Source of the DNA: Chlorokybus atmophyticus
Lineage: Eukaryota > Plantae > Mesostigma and Chlorokybus algae
Direction: 5' to 3'
Assembly (NCBI GenBank): GCA_009103225.1
Contig: RHPI01000575.1
Coordinates: 91,317 to 155,316, forward strand
DNA: 64,000 bases
Shown: positions 62,990 through 64,000 of the stretch, piece after piece
Position numbering within the stretch: the first letter of the stretch is position 1
Layout: every line of letters starts with the position of its first letter
Translations under genes and position numbers: made by a program
The notes under the pieces: generated by a model
What the model saw: the letters and a program-made list of their open reading frames with translations, nothing else
Told to the model about the DNA's origin: nothing
Database searches by the model: none

Positions 62990-63940
62990 GCAGGGTACGT
63001 TGCTGAAACTTTTTAGCGGCATTAGCAGTGGACTGGCCGCCGTCCTCAACGCCGGCGTCAAGGTGAACCAGTATTACTATTGTGATCCTGATCCGTTGGC
63101 ACAACAGGCTTTACGACACCATTTACACTAGTTGCATCAGCGTTACCCCGATCAGCTGCCGTTGTCAGCACTCAATGCAAATTTAAGCACGCTCCCGCAA
63201 AACATCCGGCTGATCATCATCTCCGATGCGCACCTGCTGGCACTCGGCAACATTGACCTGCTCATCGCAGGATGGGAATGTCAAGGCCACTCTCGCGCAG
63301 GGTCAGGAAGGGGTCTACAGGGTCCACGCTCCAACCTCTTCTGGGAACTGCTTCGTGTTTTCCACGTCGTCCAGAATCATCAGCTGGCTCGCCCACTGGC
63401 TTACATTCTAGAGAACGTCCACTCCGAAGACGACAACCGGGCCAAATGTTCGTGATGACTTCCACATGATCTGCTCCATGCTGGGTCATCCTCTGCGCAT
63501 AAACGCCGCCCGCCACGGTTCGCGAGCACGCCGCATACGCGCCAAGTGGACCAACGTGGCCACTATAGAGGAACTGTTCGTATCAGAGCACCACCTCAGT
63601 TAAGGTCCGTATAACCACACAGTGGACGCAATTCTTGACCATGGCAGGACAACCCAGCCCGTCAAAAAGCTGGATCACGCACGATTCCACCAATGCAACC
63701 AGCCTGCCTAGCCAGGTCGCGCACTACCCATGCTCGTCTCCTACCCCGGCTCTTACGCCTATCGAAACAACGATGAAGGCATGGTGTGGGACATTTCCAC
63801 GGGTAGGCTCGAAGAACCAAACGCACGAGAGCGCGAACGCGCCATGGGTTTCTTCCCAGGTACTGTCACTACTTCCGCACTCACCGACAGTCAACATCGC
63901 CAGCTGCTGGGTCGTGCCATGGACCAGAACATGGTATGGC
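62990..63940 (+). pseudogene. C5 cytosine DNA methyltransferase domain (DNMT3-like) inside the retroelement polyprotein
   Basis: Motif I LLKLFSGISSG; IV IDLLIAGWECQGHSRAG..GLQGPRSNLFWEL; VI YILENV; VIII INAARHGSRARRIRAKWTN; IX EEPNARERERAMGF; X HRQLLGRAMD. All in canonical order, with three stops and one frameshift. Confidence 0.9.
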
Positions 63941-64000
63941 TGTTAACAATGTGTTTCGCCACTCAAGACCGTTATGTGTCCTTGGAGGACGCTGCACACA

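Larger units (their letters stand above)
59446..64000 (+). mobile_element. Decayed LTR-type (probably Ty3/Gypsy-like) retrotransposon carrying a C5 DNA methyltransferase; runs off the window
   Basis: Gag-like frame, then retropepsin, then DNMT domain. The 5' boundary (tgtcacac at 59446) is a guess. RT and integrase are not within the window. Confidence 0.75.

Overview
Eukaryotic nuclear DNA with short spliceosomal introns. The gene content (plastid SppA with a transit peptide, a PDF1/FOCL1-like domain, a DNMT-bearing LTR retroelement) suggests a green alga, probably a streptophyte; this is inference and no species can be assigned. About eight host genes can be modelled: a secreted NIDO + PKD-like + PDF1/FOCL1-like protein (-), a PSI-repeat type I membrane protein (+), an aldo-keto reductase (-), an ABHD11-like hydrolase (+), SppA (+), an F-box/LRR protein (+), a small secreted galaxin-like di-cysteine-repeat protein whose repeat exon the ORF track misses (+), and a heparan-sulfate-type sulfotransferase (+, present twice). 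Mobile DNA comprises a Penelope-like RT remnant, a near full-length decayed Tx1-like L1 with a poly(A) tail and candidate TSD, a dispersed non-autonomous repeat, an unclassified decayed 54-59 kb element, and, at the right edge, a decayed gag-protease retroelement carrying a C5 cytosine DNA methyltransferase domain. Two large near-identical duplications (1.9 kb and 5.4 kb) abut single-N joins and may be assembly artefacts. No rRNA, complete tRNA or CRISPR array was found. Gene models were spliced by eye, and all domain names come from motif recognition rather than database searches.
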